NCBI GenBank assembly: GCA_963796685.1 | Contig: CAWCMR010000025.1 | Coordinates: 1,248,001-1,312,000, forward strand | Direction of reading: 5' to 3' | Origin: an uncultured delta proteobacterium | GTDB taxonomy: Bacteria > Myxococcota_A > Polyangia > Fen-1088 | DNA length: 64,000 bases | In this document: positions 60,745 to 64,000 of the stretch, one piece after another | How the letters are laid out: every line of letters begins with the position of its first letter | How positions within the stretch are numbered: the stretch's first letter is position 1 | Notes under the pieces: model-generated | Told to the model about the DNA's origin: nothing | Seen by the model: the letters and a program-made list of their open reading frames with translations, nothing else | Databases searched by the model: none | Program-made: the position numbers and the translations under genes

Positions 60745-63243
60745 ATGGGCCGCGAAAGCGACGACGACGAAAAACCTACGCACGAGACGCTTAGCTTTGC
60801 TGAGTTCGCCACGCGTGGCAACGTTCAGCAGCCTGGCTCCGACAGCGCGGCGTTGATGATTGCGGAAAAGGACGGGGGGCAGCAAGTGCACGTCCTGACG
60901 CGAAATCCCACAGTCATCGGTCGTTCAAGCAAAGCGGACTTGGTTCTGTCCGACCCTGGCGTCTCCGACTTCCATGCGCGGATTTTCAAGCACAGCTTCG
61001 GCTACACGGTCGAGGACATGGGCTCCGCAGAGGGCACTTTTCTTGGCGACAGGCGCGTCAGCCATGCGCGTTTGGTCAGTGGTGACGTGCTTCGATTGGG
61101 CGCGACGATCCTCACGTTTCTGGACGAACGGGTCAACGCGACAAGGGACAGGAGCTCGTCGCTTGTGCCTGTGCGCGCCACGGTCGCCGGCATGGCACTA
61201 CGCTCGACCATCGTTCGCGATTCATACTCCCAATCGTCCCAGAGAGCACAGCAGCCACGGATCAAGCCTATTCAAGAGCGCATGCGGCGGCCCTCTGATA
61301 GCGACGAAGCCGCTCCTTCACTTGAGGATATCCTACTCAAGATCCTCCGTGCTTGGCGCTACTTCAAACGCCACGCCTGGCTGATCAGTAGTCTGGCCAT
61401 GCTCGGGCTTACCCTGGGTGCCGCGAGCTTCAAGTTCTATCCACCGGTGCGAGCCGCCATCTGCGTGGTCACTCTGCATCCGGCGCCCAGGGCCAACCCC
61501 ATCGAGCCGCAATTTCGACCGGACCCGTCAGAATCGACCCAGTTCTTTGCCGGCGCCCAGCAGGCCTTCAAGAGCAACGAAAATATCATGGCCGCACTCA
61601 AGCGGATCGGCGTTCCCAATCCAACCATCCCACAGGCTATGAGCATCGCCAAGCGCCTGAAGGTCGAGAACGACGGCAACAATACTTATGCTGCCACGCT
61701 CACACCTCCCCTCTTCGGCCGTGGGGGGGATGAGCTCGTGGGAATGCTTGACGCCCTCGTCAAGACCTACGTTGAGACCGAGATCGAGAAGATGCTGCAA
61801 ACCATCGTCGCTGAGGTCACCTTCCTGCGTTCCCAAACCGAGATTTCAGAGAAGCGCTTGGACCAGATCATGCAGGACACCGTGAAATTCCGCGAAGCCA
61901 ATTCGGATCAGATCCTCGCGCAAGGCACGCTCGCGAGTTCACCAGGAGAGCTCGAGTCCAAGCGACTCGAAGTGTCCAGCCGGATCGAGCGTTTGACGGG
62001 CGAGCTGGAAGGCGTACGTAGCCAACTCGCGCGAGGGAGCGTTCTCAGTCAGGCCAAGACGCAGGCGGCGCAGTCCGATCGCGAAGCCCTGAACAATATA
62101 AGCCGCAAATTGGCTGAGCTGCGTGCGCAAGGTTTCGCCGATGGGCATCCCGACGTGCAACGGCTGCTCACCGAGCAGAAGAACCTGCAGAAGCTCGTCG
62201 ACGACCATCTTCACTCCAATGTGACTCAGTTCGAGAAGCGCTCGAACGTCGCCTACGATAGTCTGCAGAGTCAGGCCGACCAACTGGAGGCACAGCTCAG
62301 GGCTGCACGCGCTGAGCTAGGCACCGTCGGAGCCAGCTTGCACACGCTTCGCACCGTCAGCAGCGAGTCGCCCAAGGTCAATGCACGTCTGGAGGAGCTC
62401 GTGCGCATGAAGGAGGAAGTCGAGAAACAGCATGGCTTGCTTTTCGACCGCTTGAAGCAGGCCGAAGTTCAGCTCCAGCTCGAACGCGTGTCGGCAACCT
62501 CACGCTACGAGATTGTCGTGCCTACGCGCCTGGAACCGCCGCCGGGCCGCAAAGCCTTCGCCTTGCGCATGGCCATGGGGCTCGGCCTTGGACTGCTTCT
62601 CGCAGCCATCGTGCTCGGCATCGGTGAGCTGCGCAGGGGGTTCGCCCGACTTGCCGAGAAGGGCATGGTGGCAGGTCTGCTCGTTCTTCTATTCCTGCCG
62701 CCGCTGGGTTGCGCGCATGAGGAACGATTCATTTGGGCATCCGACTTGCCACCCAAGGATTCATCGGCTGAACCCGCGGTTCGGGCGCGCGACTCCATTC
62801 TCGTGGAAGTCGAGAAGCAGCCGAGCCTCTCCGGCGAATTCGTGGTGCGAGACGATGGACACTACACCCAACCCACGGTGGGCAGCGTCCGTGTGGCCGG
62901 CTTGACCGCCCGGCAAGCCGCGGCCCAAATCGCCCTTGCGCTGAAGGATGTCGTCGTCACGCCCGTGGTTTCAGTGTGGATCACCAAGTCCCCCCCCATC
63001 CATGTCAGCGTCGTCGGCGAGGTCAAGTCACCCGGCATCTACGAAATGACCCGCGACCGCAGCTTGCTCACCGTTCTGGCTCAAGCGGGCTGGCTGACGG
63101 AGTTTGCCCACGCCGATCGTGTCTTCGTCGTACGCGCTGGCTCCAACGAGAGAATCCGTTTCCGGGTTCGCGACATCACCGCTGCCGAGCCCTTCGTCGC
63201 CCAGTTCGTGCTTGCAGACGCGGATACGGTGGTCGTGGAGTAG
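60745..63243 (+). CDS. FHA + polysaccharide co-polymerase (Wzc/GumC-like) + polysaccharide export (Poly_export/SLBB, short OPX) fusion
   Basis: IGRS..D..L.DPGVS.FHA..DMGSAEGT; TM, long coiled coil with HPDV, TM; then TM, SGEFVVRDDG, VSVVGEVKSPG, DTVVVE. Confidence 0.82.
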   Translation: MGRESDDDEKPTHETLSFAEFATRGNVQQPGSDSAALMIAEKDGGQQVHVLTRNPTVIGRSSKADLVLSDPGVSDFHARIFKHSFGYTVEDMGSAEGTFLGDRRVSHARLVSGDVLRLGATILTFLDERVNATRDRSSSLVPVRATVAGMALRSTIVRDSYSQSSQRAQQPRIKPIQERMRRPSDSDEAAPSLEDILLKILRAWRYFKRHAWLISSLAMLGLTLGAASFKFYPPVRAAICVVTLHPAPRANPIEPQFRPDPSESTQFFAGAQQAFKSNENIMAALKRIGVPNPTIPQAMSIAKRLKVENDGNNTYAATLTPPLFGRGGDELVGMLDALVKTYVETEIEKMLQTIVAEVTFLRSQTEISEKRLDQIMQDTVKFREANSDQILAQGTLASSPGELESKRLEVSSRIERLTGELEGVRSQLARGSVLSQAKTQAAQSDREALNNISRKLAELRAQGFADGHPDVQRLLTEQKNLQKLVDDHLHSNVTQFEKRSNVAYDSLQSQADQLEAQLRAARAELGTVGASLHTLRTVSSESPKVNARLEELVRMKEEVEKQHGLLFDRLKQAEVQLQLERVSATSRYEIVVPTRLEPPPGRKAFALRMAMGLGLGLLLAAIVLGIGELRRGFARLAEKGMVAGLLVLLFLPPLGCAHEERFIWASDLPPKDSSAEPAVRARDSILVEVEKQPSLSGEFVVRDDGHYTQPTVGSVRVAGLTARQAAAQIALALKDVVVTPVVSVWITKSPPIHVSVVGEVKSPGIYEMTRDRSLLTVLAQAGWLTEFAHADRVFVVRAGSNERIRFRVRDITAAEPFVAQFVLADADTVVVE

Positions 63244-63247
63244 CGGG

Positions 63248-64000
63248 ATGTTCGCCAGCGGACTCACCATCTTGTCCGCGCTATTCGTTCTCCAGGCCGA
63301 GGTGCAGTTCGAGGCCGGCACACGAATCGAAAGCAGTATTGGGGAAGCGCCCACGGGAACGACGCAGGTAACGTCCTCGAGCGCGGCGGGTTCGCCCGTC
63401 ACAACGTCCGTGCCGGCTGAGCAACCCCAGGTTGTGGTGGCGGCAACGCCGCTCCTCAGCCTGCGCTGGCTGGATGGGGTCGACGACCTTCGTGTAGAAT
63501 CCGCCAGCAGGATTCTCTGGCGTCCGGAGCCTCTCCCCGACTCTCGTCCACTTTTTCTCGAAACACTCGAGGCAACTCACACCAGACATCCGAGTAGGCG
63601 AAGTCGACTGCGGCTCAACTTCCTGGCCAGCTACGGAGAACAGGACTACACGTCCCTCCAGCAGCAACTCTCCAATCAGCCCGCCTTGCCACTCGCCACG
63701 ACCATGCTCATGCTCGATGCGACAGGTGGCGCATCATGGCGCAGCTCGCGGCGAACAACGCTGGATATCCAGCTAGGGGCGATGTATCGCCGCGCCTTCG
63801 ACACTTCTACCCTCGTGAACGGGACAGCAGGCTCCTCCGCGTCGACCGTCCCAACGCTCCCCACCCAATATACGCTCACGGCCGCTCCCGGACTGGCCTT
63901 CGCACTCACCCGGCGCTCGAGCGTGGATGCCGTCGTTTCCGTCATCGACACGGACAGCCAAGAAGTCGAGCTCGCATCCGGGCAGCCCGGCGACTTGAAT
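63248..64000 (+). CDS. Exported protein, probable outer-membrane beta-barrel partner of the short OPX; 3'-truncated by window
   Basis: Open frame MFASGLTILSALFVLQAEVQFEAG... runs to the window end (absent from the ORF track). Signal peptide and amphipathic strand-like segments. Confidence 0.6.
   Translation, partial: MFASGLTILSALFVLQAEVQFEAGTRIESSIGEAPTGTTQVTSSSAAGSPVTTSVPAEQPQVVVAATPLLSLRWLDGVDDLRVESASRILWRPEPLPDSRPLFLETLEATHTRHPSRRSRLRLNFLASYGEQDYTSLQQQLSNQPALPLATTMLMLDATGGASWRSSRRTTLDIQLGAMYRRAFDTSTLVNGTAGSSASTVPTLPTQYTLTAAPGLAFALTRRSSVDAVVSVIDTDSQEVELASGQPGDLN

Overview
This GC-rich (roughly 60%) bacterial window looks myxobacterial, inferred from GTGG-linker lipoproteins, FHA proteins and a short OPX next to a beta-barrel candidate. 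It is mostly one large Wzx/Wzy-type exopolysaccharide (EPS) locus: about 9 glycosyltransferases, a flippase, a polymerase/ligase, nucleotide-sugar enzymes, two hexapeptide acyltransferases and an unusual FHA-copolymerase-OPX fusion. Three thiotemplate (carrier-protein) systems are interleaved with it. (1) The tail of a PKS-type protein ending in a class-III aminotransferase, coupled to a Gly-type C-A-T-C NRPS. (2) A FkbH-ACP-thioesterase protein. (3) An aminocoumarin-like pyrrole-2-carboxyl cassette (CloN6/N3/N4/N5-like) joined to a type II ACP-KS-CLF-KR set. The window also has two tandem ISAzo13-family elements, an IS66 scar, an IR-flanked GxxExxY remnant and a partner-switching module. There is a duplicated GH5-like domain with swapped N-termini, and an inverted, reciprocally decayed duplicate of the NRPS/hydrolase operon. 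About eight single-base frameshifts occur, four of them at the same GAGCTTCC motif, and are probably sequencing artefacts. No rRNA, tRNA or CRISPR array was seen. All family assignments come from motif recognition by eye; no searches were run.
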